The position numbers and the translations under genes were made by a program. From an uncultured bacterium (lineage in GTDB: Bacteria > Patescibacteriota > Minisyncoccia > Minisyncoccales > Minisyncoccaceae), in NCBI GenBank assembly GCA_963807465.1, contig CAWECB010000002.1, forward strand, positions 18,167-82,166: a DNA stretch of 64,000 nucleotides. The letters are read 5' to 3'. This document shows positions 47,808-57,829 of this stretch, piece after piece (the first letter of the stretch is position 1; every line of letters starts with the position of its first letter). The notes under the pieces were generated by a model, which saw only the letters and a list, made by a program, of their open reading frames with translations, was not told the origin of the DNA and made no database searches.

Positions 47808-49304
47808 TTGACGAAAACCATCACAAATTTTAAATGGCTGGTATTGCTTACTGTAATTATCGGAACTTTTTTAGGCAGATTAGACCAGACAATTGTAAAC
47901 TTGGCTCTGCCAAAAATAATTGAAGATTTTAAAATTACAGTTACCGCAGCCGGCTGGATTGCAACCGCGTACATATTAGCTAACGCGGTTTTTGTTCCTA
48001 TTTGGGGAAAATTAGGAGACACTGTCGGCAGAAAAAAAATTTATATTTTAGGTTTTTCAATTTTTATTTTTGGTTCGGCTTTGGCTGGATTTGCATGGAA
48101 TTTAAGTTCCATGATTGTTTTCAGAATTATTCAGGCAATTGCAAGTTCTGCTGATTATCCGACAGCCATGGCAATTTTGGCGGTAACTTTCAAGCAGGGA
48201 AAAGAAAGGGCGCAGGCATTGGGTTTATGGTCGGTTTCTTTTGCCGCGGCTGCTGTTTTTGGTCCGTTAATCGGCGGGCCGATGATTGATATTTTCGGCT
48301 GGAGGTCAATATTTTTATTAAATATTCCGGTTGGAATTGTTGGCTTAATTATGGCTTTTATTTTTGTCAGAGAATCTGTTTCAGAACACAAAACAATACA
48401 TTTTGACTGGTGGGGCGCAATAACTCTTGGAGTTGCTCTTTCGGCATTGGTTTTGGTTCTTGACCAGGGCAATACTTGGGGCTGGTTTGCTTATCAAAGC
48501 ATAATTTGTTATATTGCACAATTTTATTTACAATTATTTTTATATTTATAGAACAAAAGCGCAAGAACCGATTGTTGACCTTAAATTTTTCAAAAATAGC
48601 GTTTTTGTAAATACTCTTATAAATAATTTCGTTGTTTTTATGGCAATGATGGGAGCCGTATTTTTGATTCCGATTTTCGTTGAAACATATTTGGGATATG
48701 ATGCCACACAAACAGGATATTTATTTATTCCAATGGCAATTTTCATGGTGATTGCTTCTCCGATAGGAGGAAGCTTAACCGGAAAAGTGCAGCCAAGATA
48801 TGTAATTTTTGCCAGCACGCTTGTGGCTGCTATCGGAATATATTATGTTTTCATATTTAGACCCAAGGTCAACGCGCCATGGACGTAATTATTCCTCTTT
48901 CAATAATGGCTTTTGGCATGGGTTTTGGCATGGCTCAACGAACATCTGTTATTGCCGCCGTTGTTCCGACCGAAGAAATGGGAGTTGCCTCATCTATATT
49001 GGCTCTTGGCAGAAATATCGCCGGAGCATTTGGAATTGCGGTTTTCGGCACAATTTTAACCAATGCAACAAACAGCAATGTTTTAAATATCGCCTATCAC
49101 AGCGTTATAAAAATTACGAATCCGGCAATTTATCAGCAGGCAATAGAATTGATTATATTAAAAGCGCAGATAGACGCATACAGGGTTGTGTTTATTTCGG
49201 CCGCGGCCGTTCTTTTGATGGGAACCGTTTTGTCTTTATTTATAAAAGTTTCCAAAGAAAAAATGCGTGAGCAGGGAGGCCAAGAATCTTTTGTTGAGGT
49301 ATAA
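47808..49304 (+). pseudogene. MFS transporter, DHA2 (EmrB/QacA) type, at least 2 frame changes
   Basis: LDQTIVNLALPKI, GKLGDTVGRKKIY, FRIIQAIASSADYPTAMAI and LIGGPMIDIFGWRSIF. TM segments continue in ORFs 48514..48888 and 48879..49304. Confidence 0.8.
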
Positions 49305-49448
49305 ATAAATTGAAGCTTGGTTCCAAACCTAAGTGGGATTTTTAGGCATAGTTTTGCTCAAAGATACCAGAAAAATGCAAAATGTGTTTGCTTGACATAA
49401 TATAGCCATGTATTGTATAGTATATTTACCCTAAAGGAGGGTGCCGAT

Positions 49449-49661
49449 ATGAAGTGTACAGAAAAGGATTGTAATGGGCAGACTGATGAAAGAAACTCGA
49501 TTCCCCTAAGAATCAGCTGTGACGGATGCGCTAGCGGATCAGAACTAGCTTATCCCTGCAAGAAGTGTGGGCGACTGTACTGGGAAAGTGGCGATCCGGT
49601 TTCTAGCAGAACCGGGAAAAAAGCATTTCTTTTGGACGGCAAGATTGTCCACGAAGGATAA
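49449..49661 (+). CDS. small zinc-ribbon protein
   Basis: ATG 49449 follows an AAGGAGGG RBS. Cysteine pairs: CTEKDC...CDGC...CKKC. Confidence 0.4.
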   Translation: MKCTEKDCNGQTDERNSIPLRISCDGCASGSELAYPCKKCGRLYWESGDPVSSRTGKKAFLLDGKIVHEG

Positions 49662-49696
49662 TATCATTTAAAAACGAATAATGGAGGTATCTTAAA

Positions 49697-49876
49697 ATGT
49701 TCTGGCAATTCATGGGCCTAGCCATAATAATTGTAGGAGCATATTTGCTGTGCCGGGAGATCCCTACACTATCAACAAGGAAAAAGTATCAGCAGGCAAT
49801 CATCCCAATTGTCATGAGTGCCCTTCCTGGAGTAATCCTGATGGTAACCGGATTTGCTGTCATCGCCACTGTATAG
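49697..49876 (+). CDS. small membrane protein (59 aa, below ORF-track cutoff)
   Basis: GGAGG lies 9 nt upstream of the ATG. MFWQFMGLAIIIVGAYLLC...IVMSALPGVILMVTGFAVIATV gives two predicted TM helices. Confidence 0.4.
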   Translation: MFWQFMGLAIIIVGAYLLCREIPTLSTRKKYQQAIIPIVMSALPGVILMVTGFAVIATV

Positions 49877-50183
49877 GCATTCGAACGAAGGTGTAATCCA
49901 ATGGGTTGCACCTATAGTCAGACAAGACTAATAAAATCCTGGATTGTTATAATCCTGTTTTTTTATACCCAAATTAACCTCAAAAATGTATTTTTACTTT
50001 TGTGTCAGAAAAAGCCGATGGTCTTGACAAAGTATGATAAATGATTTATTATCGTTATGTTCATAAAAATATCTTGGTTTCTTGTTTTTACACTATAATA
50101 ACTTAATAAATTACCCTGTCTAAAATTTTGCTTTGTCGCATCTCGCTAAAAAGCATTTTGATAAACTTGGTAAAATAAATATT

Positions 50184-53100
50184 ATGAAGTGTTCAATGTC
50201 TAAACTCATAAAGAGTATAAGTTTAAAGAAGCAAAGCGTGTTTTGTTTGGCCGCGTTATTAATAGTAAGCGGTTTTTTTGTATTTGCAGGAACTGCATCT
50301 GCATCTTCCAAAATAAATCAAACTATTACGGTTACCGCGCACGCTCCGGCAAGTGCGGTTTATAATTCAACTTTCGGAGTAGTGGCGACAGCGAGTTCTG
50401 GACTTTCTGTTTCTATTACAACTAGTGGTAGTTGCTCTAACGGCAACGGCTCCGCCACCATTACTATGACTAGCGGTACTGGCAATTGTATAGTTCATTA
50501 CAATCAAGCGGGTAACTCACATTACAATCCGGCTACAGAGGTTACTGAATCTATCACCGCTCAACCAAAAACCATAACCGCTAATGTTACAGCCAATGAC
50601 AAAACTTATGATGGTACAACTAATGCCACCATTGAAGACTGTAGTCTCAATGGAATTGTAAATCATGATTCTGTGACTTGTTATGTGGCAAACGGGAACG
50701 TAAATTTTAGCGATAGAAATGTTGGCAAAAATAAAACAGTAACAGCAACGAGTATTACTCTTGGCGGTTTCGATAAAAGTAATTATCAACTTTCTTCTAC
50801 AACAACTACGGCTAAAGCAGATATTACACCTTTAGCAATAACCGTAAAAGCCGATCCGCAAACTAAAACTTATGGTAACCCCGATCCAACTTTAACTTAT
50901 AAGATTACCAGTGGCTCCTTAGTCGTACCAGATACATTTACTGGCACGTTAAGTCGTAAGTCTGGCGAAAATGTCGGTTCCTACGACATTACTGAAGGCA
51001 ATCTCGCTTTGAGCAGTAACTATGATCTGAATATCATTCTTGAAGATAACTATCATTACGACATTGAACTAACGATAAACAAAGCTAATTTAACTGTTAC
51101 TGCCAACAACCAGACTAAAACTTATGGTAACCCCGATCCTTATTTTACATTCGCCTACTCCGGTTTTAAATATAATGATGGTTCAAATGTAATTGATAGG
51201 CAGCCGACTTGTTCAGTATCGGGAAATCATTCAAATGTTGGTTCTTACACTATTGCGTGCTCTGGAGGATCGGATAATAACTATAGTTTCAGCTATCTTC
51301 CTGGCACTTTGACTGTTAATAAGGCAACGGCTGTTGTTACTTTAGGCAATTTAACTCAGACATACGATGGCAAGGTAAAATCAGCGACAGCCACCACAAA
51401 TCCTGTTAATCTGACTGTTAACATAACTTACGATGGCTCTTCGACTCTTCCAATCAATGCTAAGAACTATGCTGTGGTTGCTACTGTTGATAATATAAAT
51501 TACCAAGGTTCTGCCAATGGTACATTAATAATTGGAAAAGCGAATTTAACCATTACGGCTCAGCCCAATACCAAAACTTACGATGGCACAAAAAGTTCAG
51601 CTGGTAATCCAACTGTCAGTGGCCTACAGAACAATGATAAAGCAACTGGTTTGGCGGAAACTTACGACACGGCCAATGTTGGCACAGGAAAAACGCTTTC
51701 TGTATTGGCCTATATAATTAATGATAATAATGGGGGTGCTAATTATAACGTGACAACTGTTTCTGATAAAACTGGCGTCATCAATACCCAACAAATTACA
51801 GTGACAGCCGTAACCGATACCAAAACTTACGATGGCACACCGAGCTCGTCTAAGGTACCGACCGTATCGCCAGGTTTGGTAGGAACTGATACTCCAAATT
51901 TTACGCAAACTTTTGACACTCCAGATGTTGGCACCGGAAAAAAATTGACTCCTAGTGGAACAGTAAACGATGGCAACAGCGGAAATAATTACAGTTATAA
52001 TTTTACTTCTGTTTCAACAGGTACGATTACAATTAGACCCATAACAATCACAGCCGATCCCAAATCTAAAAATTATGGTGCATCTGACCCAGCTTTAACA
52101 TATCAAATTACGAGCGATTTGAAATTGGTGCCTAGCGATACGCTTTCCGTCAATTTAACTCGTGCTCCCGGTGAAGATTTTGGTTCTTATCCAATTTTAC
52201 AAGGTACGGTTACTCTAAGTACAAATTACAGCTTAACTTATATAGGAAGTAACTTAACCATTGGCACCGCAACAATCACGGTTATAGCCGATGCTCAAAG
52301 CAAAACTTATGGGGCCGCAGACCCGACAACATTAACTTATACTTTCAGTCCTGCATTACAAAGCGGGGATAGTTTTAGCGGGGCACTAGACCGTGTGTCT
52401 GGTGATAACGTTGGCACTTATGCTATAGGTTTAGGAACCCTTACGGCCGGATCAAATTATACTATATCTTTTACCAGCGCTAATTTAAAAATCAACAGCG
52501 CCGATCAAACTATTACTTTTAGCGCCTTACCAACCAAAACCTATGGCGATGCTGATTTTCCCGTCAGTGCAACTGCTAGTTCGGGATTACCAGTTGCTTT
52601 CACTGCTTCTCCTTTAGAAGTTTGTACTGTTTCTAGTAATACAGTTCATATAGTTGGAGCGGATGACTGCACAATTACTGCCTCTCGGGCTGGCAATAAC
52701 AACTACAACCCAGCGACTGATGTTCTTCAATCATTTACGATAAATAAAAAGATAGCAACTGTTACTTTAGATAATTTAGCTCAGACATACGATGGTACTT
52801 CGAAGTCGGCAATCGCAACTACCGATCCGTCCAAACTAACTGTTGATTTTACTTATGACGGCTCCTCAACGCCTCCAACCAACGCTGGTAGTTATGCTGT
52901 TGTTGGTACAGTAAATGACGTTAATTACACTGGTAGTGCTAGTGGTACACTTGTTATTGGTAAAGTAAATTTAACTGTTACTGGCATTACGGCAGACAGT
53001 AAAACTTACGATGGCACAACAAATGCCACGCTTAATGTTGGCAGTCCTACGCTCGTTGGCGTTATCAATGAAGACGCAGTAACTCTTAATACCGCAAGTG

Positions 53101-53942
53101 CGTCAGGAGCATTCGCTGATAAAAATGTTGATACAGGGAAAACAGTAAATATTTCTGGGTTAACCTTAGATGGTTCTAAAAAAGATAATTACATACTTAC
53201 TCAACCTACCACTACAGCAGATATTACAGCTTTAGCAATAGCCGTAACCGCGACAACCGATACCAAAACTTACGATGGCACACCGAGCTCGTCTAAGGTA
53301 CCGACCGTATCGCCAGGTTTGGTAGGAACTGATACTTCGAATTTTACGCAAACTTTTGACACTCCAGATGTTGGCACCGGTAAGACATTGGCGCCAGCCG
53401 GAACAGTGAGCGACAGCAATGGTGGAAATAATTACGCTGTGACTTTTGTTCCAGTTACAACAGGTGTTATTAACGCGCAGCAAACAACCAACGTGCAACA
53501 AACAACTAATATCGGCGGAGGAGGCGAGAATTATTATTCAATTAACGCTTCAGCTGGAGCAAACGGTTCCATAAACCCGGGTTCAACGTCTATAATTAAT
53601 GAAGGAAACCAAACATACACTATTACTCCGGCTACCGGCTATCAAGTTGCTGATGTGCTAGTTGACGGTGTTTCTAAAGGAGCAATAACAACTTATACTT
53701 TTAGTAATATTAGCGCCAACCACACAATTTCAGCGACATTCTCACCAATAATTACAGCGCAGACACCAACGGTAAAAATTGTTGGTGATATAAACGGCGA
53801 CGGTGTTGTTGATGAGTATGACTTCGCCATAATGATGTCTCAATGGAATCAGACTGGCTCTAATCTTTCTGCTGATTTGAATAACGACGGTGTTGTTGAT
53901 GAGTATGATCTCTCATTGTTAATGGCTAATTGGAGTTTATAA
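50184..53942 (+). CDS. giant secreted surface protein: MBG-type (YDG/YG) repeat array, InlB-B-repeat-like domain, C-terminal dockerin pair
   Basis: Signal peptide SVFCLAALLIVSGFFVFAGTASA and more than 12 repeats of the KTYDGT / KTYGxxDP..NVGSY type. The C-terminus carries GDINGDGVVDEYDFAIMMSQW and ADLNNDGVVDEYDLSLLMANW, which are Ca-binding dockerin repeats. Confidence 0.8.
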   Translation: MKCSMSKLIKSISLKKQSVFCLAALLIVSGFFVFAGTASASSKINQTITVTAHAPASAVYNSTFGVVATASSGLSVSITTSGSCSNGNGSATITMTSGTGNCIVHYNQAGNSHYNPATEVTESITAQPKTITANVTANDKTYDGTTNATIEDCSLNGIVNHDSVTCYVANGNVNFSDRNVGKNKTVTATSITLGGFDKSNYQLSSTTTTAKADITPLAITVKADPQTKTYGNPDPTLTYKITSGSLVVPDTFTGTLSRKSGENVGSYDITEGNLALSSNYDLNIILEDNYHYDIELTINKANLTVTANNQTKTYGNPDPYFTFAYSGFKYNDGSNVIDRQPTCSVSGNHSNVGSYTIACSGGSDNNYSFSYLPGTLTVNKATAVVTLGNLTQTYDGKVKSATATTNPVNLTVNITYDGSSTLPINAKNYAVVATVDNINYQGSANGTLIIGKANLTITAQPNTKTYDGTKSSAGNPTVSGLQNNDKATGLAETYDTANVGTGKTLSVLAYIINDNNGGANYNVTTVSDKTGVINTQQITVTAVTDTKTYDGTPSSSKVPTVSPGLVGTDTPNFTQTFDTPDVGTGKKLTPSGTVNDGNSGNNYSYNFTSVSTGTITIRPITITADPKSKNYGASDPALTYQITSDLKLVPSDTLSVNLTRAPGEDFGSYPILQGTVTLSTNYSLTYIGSNLTIGTATITVIADAQSKTYGAADPTTLTYTFSPALQSGDSFSGALDRVSGDNVGTYAIGLGTLTAGSNYTISFTSANLKINSADQTITFSALPTKTYGDADFPVSATASSGLPVAFTASPLEVCTVSSNTVHIVGADDCTITASRAGNNNYNPATDVLQSFTINKKIATVTLDNLAQTYDGTSKSAIATTDPSKLTVDFTYDGSSTPPTNAGSYAVVGTVNDVNYTGSASGTLVIGKVNLTVTGITADSKTYDGTTNATLNVGSPTLVGVINEDAVTLNTASASGAFADKNVDTGKTVNISGLTLDGSKKDNYILTQPTTTADITALAIAVTATTDTKTYDGTPSSSKVPTVSPGLVGTDTSNFTQTFDTPDVGTGKTLAPAGTVSDSNGGNNYAVTFVPVTTGVINAQQTTNVQQTTNIGGGGENYYSINASAGANGSINPGSTSIINEGNQTYTITPATGYQVADVLVDGVSKGAITTYTFSNISANHTISATFSPIITAQTPTVKIVGDINGDGVVDEYDFAIMMSQWNQTGSNLSADLNNDGVVDEYDLSLLMANWSL
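51812..51937 (+). repeat. 126-bp intragenic direct repeat, copy 1
   Basis: Identical to 53255-53380 except for 2 mismatches (ACTCCAAATT versus ACTTCGAATT). Confidence 0.9.
53255..53380 (+). repeat. 126-bp intragenic direct repeat, copy 2
   Basis: See copy 1. It encodes TDTKTYDGTPSSSKVPTVSPGLVGTDT(P/S)NFTQTFDTPDVGTG. Confidence 0.9.
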
Positions 53943-53969
53943 ACCAAAATAAATAATTAACACAAACCT

Positions 53970-54683
53970 ATGAAAAAAATAACTTTATTAGCATTGTTAA
54001 CTATCGTCGGGATATTAGGAGTAGGCCAAATGGTTTTTGCAGCTAGCTCAACATTGTCTGCTTTACCAGCATCGCTTAACAGTATAGTCGGCACGCCGTT
54101 TAACGTTTCGGTTCAATTAAACCCAGCAGGCAACAAGATCTGCGTTGTAAAGGGTACTATAAGCCTTAATAATTTAACTTGTCAAAACATTACCGTTGCA
54201 AGTGGTATATGGTCTCCAGTCTCCCCAACCTGCACCAATCCAAAGTTTATTTTAGGTATTCCGAAATGTACAACCGCTGTTCAGAATATTCTTTCAGTCT
54301 CTGTTAAAGGAGCTCAAGTTGGACAAGGAAAATTATCTTTTACGGAAGTTAAGGGTATAGGAACGGGGGCAGCTGTTACTTTGGCTTCACAGGACGGCGC
54401 TTATAATATAACTCCAGTTCAAGCAACTACACCTATAACTACGCCCACCGCTAATACCACTCAAAAAACTACACAGCCGACACAACAGCCAACAACCCAG
54501 CAGGTTACAACTCCGGTTCAGCAGACAAGTCAAGGGCCATCGACAACAGGACAGCAGGCTTCTCTTGCGACCACATCTCCTGCAAAAACCATTATTATAA
54601 TTGGCATTGTTCTGTTAATAATTATAATAATTGGAGGATTGTGGTATTTTATCAATAAGAAGAAAAATAATCAAAAAGTTTAA
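53970..54683 (+). CDS. cohesin-like domain protein with T/Q/P-rich linker and C-terminal membrane anchor
   Basis: Signal peptide, then a beta-rich module of about 130 aa (LPASLNSIVGTPFNVSVQLNP..GKLSFTEVKG..GAYNITP). This is followed by the linker TTPITTPTANTTQKTTQPTQQPTTQQ and a TM anchor IIIIGIVLLIIIIIGGLWYF plus KKKNNQK. The cohesin assignment rests on pattern only. Confidence 0.4.
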   Translation: MKKITLLALLTIVGILGVGQMVFAASSTLSALPASLNSIVGTPFNVSVQLNPAGNKICVVKGTISLNNLTCQNITVASGIWSPVSPTCTNPKFILGIPKCTTAVQNILSVSVKGAQVGQGKLSFTEVKGIGTGAAVTLASQDGAYNITPVQATTPITTPTANTTQKTTQPTQQPTTQQVTTPVQQTSQGPSTTGQQASLATTSPAKTIIIIGIVLLIIIIIGGLWYFINKKKNNQKV

Positions 54684-54743
54684 AATTATCATACCAGAAA
54701 GTCCCGCATTTACTGCGGGGCTTTTATTGTATATAATTAAAAT

Positions 54744-55466
54744 ATGATTAATTATTTATGCCTTTGCTTATTATATGTGATTTTCGCACTGACTCCAGTT
54801 CTTATTTGGTTAGTTTTTTATTTCAAAAAGGACATTCATCCTGAACCTAAAAGAATGATTTTAAAAGTATTTATTCTTGGAATATTGGCGGCTTGTCTTG
54901 TTGCTATTTTTGAAGTGGCTGTTCTAACAATCATTACAGAAAAATCTCTTTTGTTTGTAATTTTAGAATCGTTTTTGCTAGTTGCGCTAGTTGAAGAGAT
55001 CGCCAAGTATTTAGTGGTAAAAATCTATGTTTTCGCCAACTCCGAGCTCGATGAGCCACTTGATGTTATGCTTTATATGGTAATCTCTGCTTTAGGTTTT
55101 GCCGCATTGGAAAATATAGTTCTTTTTTTCGCCGCAGAGCATCCATATGCGATTGGAGCAGCATTACAATTCACCTTATTGAGATTTATCGGTGCAGTGT
55201 TTCTGCACACCCTAACATCGGGAGCTTTGGGATTTCTTATCGCTCTCTCTTTTTGTTCAGTAAAAAATAAAAGACTGCTTTTCCTTTCAGGATTTTTTAT
55301 CGCTATCGTTTCACACGGGTTTTATAACCTTGCCATAGCAGAACTTACTGGCTTCTGGCAGTATTTTATTCCCATAATAATCATAATTATTTTGTCGGCT
55401 TTCACTACTTTTGGGTTTGTTAAATTGAAAAAACTTAAAGGCGTATGTACAATACCTAGATGGTAA
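54744..55466 (+). CDS. PrsW-family intramembrane metalloprotease
   Basis: Polytopic protein with the EEIAKY, HTLTSGALG and HGFYN motifs. Confidence 0.8.
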   Translation: MINYLCLCLLYVIFALTPVLIWLVFYFKKDIHPEPKRMILKVFILGILAACLVAIFEVAVLTIITEKSLLFVILESFLLVALVEEIAKYLVVKIYVFANSELDEPLDVMLYMVISALGFAALENIVLFFAAEHPYAIGAALQFTLLRFIGAVFLHTLTSGALGFLIALSFCSVKNKRLLFLSGFFIAIVSHGFYNLAIAELTGFWQYFIPIIIIIILSAFTTFGFVKLKKLKGVCTIPRW

Positions 55467-55476
55467 AATCCATAAT

Positions 55477-55929
55477 ATGGCTAAGCCGCAATTCCAACCT
55501 AAACCGGGCCAAATTGATTACACCAACGTACGCTGGGCTCCGGTAGTTAATTCAGTTGTCAAATACAAAGACAAGATTCTCATAGTCCACCGTAGCCCCG
55601 ACTCAAACTTCTATCCAAACCTTTGGAACGGCATTGCCGGATTCTTGGATGACGATAAAAGCGTTGAAGAAAAAGTCAGAGAGGAAATTAGGGAAGAATT
55701 AAATCTGGCGGGTAACCAAATAATTTCCGTAAAACGATTGGGGATATTCGAGCAGGATGACCCTGCTTACAAAAAGACTTGGATAGTCCATCCCTGCTTG
55801 GTTGAAGTGAATACGGACAAGATCAAGCTCGATTGGGAAGCGCAAGACAGCAAATGGGTCACCATAGACGAAGCTTTGACTTACGACCTAGTACCTAGTT
55901 TTGATGAAGTTTTGCTTCTTATTAAATAG
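55477..55929 (+). CDS. NUDIX hydrolase
   Basis: Nudix box GFLDDDKSVEEKVREEIREELNL. Confidence 0.85.
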   Translation: MAKPQFQPKPGQIDYTNVRWAPVVNSVVKYKDKILIVHRSPDSNFYPNLWNGIAGFLDDDKSVEEKVREEIREELNLAGNQIISVKRLGIFEQDDPAYKKTWIVHPCLVEVNTDKIKLDWEAQDSKWVTIDEALTYDLVPSFDEVLLLIK

Positions 55930-56014
55930 GGAAGGAGTACGTCTTATTGACATTACAAAATAAAGGTTTATAATGTCAATAGAACCTTTCATATCACTGA
56001 AGGGGGCATCTATC

Positions 56015-56545
56015 ATGAAAACGAAAGTATGTGTTATTACCTTATTTGTACTGATGTTGATTACGATGGGCTGCTGCAGCTGCCCGGCATATACAAAGAG
56101 TGCCACCGCTACAACAATCCAAGCGGCATCAACAACTTCCCGCATAAACAGCATACAAATAACTCCTTCGGGAGGAGAGGGCACTGCCGGGTACAGCTTG
56201 GACTTCAGCGCCATCGCTTATGATTCCCAAAATAACCCTATTCCGGCCACCATCGAATGGAGTGTGAACGGAGGAGGTGGCGAATCTAAGGGAGGACTCT
56301 TCGTTGTTACTCCTCAGAATACGGGAATATTAACCGTAACCGCAAAAAGCGATGGGGCATCAAGTTCGGTCTCGCTATTGATAAACTCTCCAGCGACGAC
56401 AAATTATTACAGCTATAATGACGGGAGTTGTCTCTATGATTGTAATTCGAACTACCGCAACTACCATCATGACTACGGCCAATATGGCGATTATCCTAAT
56501 CCCTACAGCGATCCCGTAGAGAGGGGAAAAGAAATATTTCTTTAG
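56015..56545 (+). CDS. lipoprotein with bacterial Ig-like (Big_2-type) domain
   Basis: ATG 56015 follows an AAGGGGG RBS. Signal peptide plus Cys (LMLITMGCC), then the Ig-like IQITPSGGEGTAGYSLDFSAIAYDSQNNPIPATIEWSVNG..LTVTAKSDG. Confidence 0.5.
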   Translation: MKTKVCVITLFVLMLITMGCCSCPAYTKSATATTIQAASTTSRINSIQITPSGGEGTAGYSLDFSAIAYDSQNNPIPATIEWSVNGGGGESKGGLFVVTPQNTGILTVTAKSDGASSSVSLLINSPATTNYYSYNDGSCLYDCNSNYRNYHHDYGQYGDYPNPYSDPVERGKEIFL

Positions 56546-56647
56546 AGATACGTAAAGTATTCTCTTTTTTTATTCCAAACTATTCTCTGCTTGTCTTAAA
56601 AGCCAAAAGTGCTAAAATATATATTGTTAAATAATAAATAAAAAACC

Positions 56648-57040
56648 ATGAAAATAGAATATAATAAAGTTATTTGGTACTTAATATTGTTGGCAATCAT
56701 CTTTTACGTCGGCACATTCATACTTGCTTTCTTTCTCAGTCAGAGGTACGAAGCAGACCAAATATTGAAAATAAAGCAAAGCCTTGAAACCAACAATGTC
56801 ATAAACTCCGTCATTTTTACCTGCGACAGCAGTAAGACTATTAACGCTATATTCTTCAAGGATAAAGTGGAATTGGGGCTAAGCGACGGAAGGAATATGC
56901 TTCTCTTACAAGCTATATCCGCTTCCGGAGCACGTTATGCCAACACCGACGAATCGTTTGTCTTCTGGAATAAGGGGGATACCGCTTTCGTGCAGGAAGG
57001 GAATAATACCACTTACGAAAACTGCGTAATAAAAAAATAA
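56648..57040 (+). CDS. MliC-like (membrane-bound lysozyme inhibitor) family protein
   Basis: N-terminal TM anchor and SGARYANTDESFVFWNKGDTAFVQEG, which resembles the MliC signature. Confidence 0.45.
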   Translation: MKIEYNKVIWYLILLAIIFYVGTFILAFFLSQRYEADQILKIKQSLETNNVINSVIFTCDSSKTINAIFFKDKVELGLSDGRNMLLLQAISASGARYANTDESFVFWNKGDTAFVQEGNNTTYENCVIKK

Positions 57041-57041
57041 T

Positions 57042-57818
57042 ATGGACATAATCCAGGTAAAGAATCTTGTAAAAGATTATAAAGGCTTTAAGGCCGTGGA
57101 TAACGTATCCTTCAGCGTTAAAGAGGGCGAGGTTTTTGCCTTCCTCGGTCCCAACGGAGCGGGGAAGACCACGACCATCAAAATGCTTACGACCCTTTTG
57201 AAACCAACGAGCGGAGAGGTAAAGATCAACGGATTCGATCCCGTGACGCAAGAGGACGAAGTAAGGCATTCTTTCGGCATAGTCTTCCAGGATCCGAGCC
57301 TGGACGAAGACCTTACCGGAAGGGAAAACATGGAAATCCACGGCATGATGTACGGGATGGAAGACAAGCTGTTGAAGCAAAGAACCGATGAACTGTTGAA
57401 GATGGTCGAGCTTTGGGACAAAAAAAACGAACAAGTCAAGCATTATTCGGGCGGAATGAAAAGAAGGCTTGAAATCGCAAGGGGACTATTGCACCACCCG
57501 AAGGTCTTGTTCTTGGATGAGCCGACACTAGGACTCGATCCCCAGACAAGGAACTTAATATGGAATTACATCAGAGACTTGAACAAGAAGGAGGGAGTGA
57601 CTGTATTCTTCTCGACCCACTACATGGAAGAAGCCGAAAGGTTCGCCGACACAATTACCATAATCGACCACGGAAAAATCATCGTCAAGGGAACGGCGAA
57701 AGAACTGGAAGAACAGACAAAAACTAATACCCTAGAAGACGCTTTTCTGACTTTCACCGGGAAAGCAATCAGGGAGCAGCATGAAGAAGGGGGAAAGTGG
57801 ATGGGATTCAGAAGATAA
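57042..57818 (+). CDS. ABC transporter ATP-binding protein (ABC-2/DrrA type)
   Basis: Walker A GPNGAGKTT, signature YSGGMKRRLEIA and Walker B VLFLDEPTLGLD. Confidence 0.9.
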   Translation: MDIIQVKNLVKDYKGFKAVDNVSFSVKEGEVFAFLGPNGAGKTTTIKMLTTLLKPTSGEVKINGFDPVTQEDEVRHSFGIVFQDPSLDEDLTGRENMEIHGMMYGMEDKLLKQRTDELLKMVELWDKKNEQVKHYSGGMKRRLEIARGLLHHPKVLFLDEPTLGLDPQTRNLIWNYIRDLNKKEGVTVFFSTHYMEEAERFADTITIIDHGKIIVKGTAKELEEQTKTNTLEDAFLTFTGKAIREQHEEGGKWMGFRR

Positions 57819-57829
57819 AAAACAAAAAT

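Noticed and set aside
50300-53500. Regularly spaced repeats that could suggest a CRISPR array or tandem repeat locus
   Set aside because: The repeats are in-frame protein modules (MBG-type domains of about 80 aa) inside one continuous 1269-aa ORF. There is no short identical repeat/spacer architecture.
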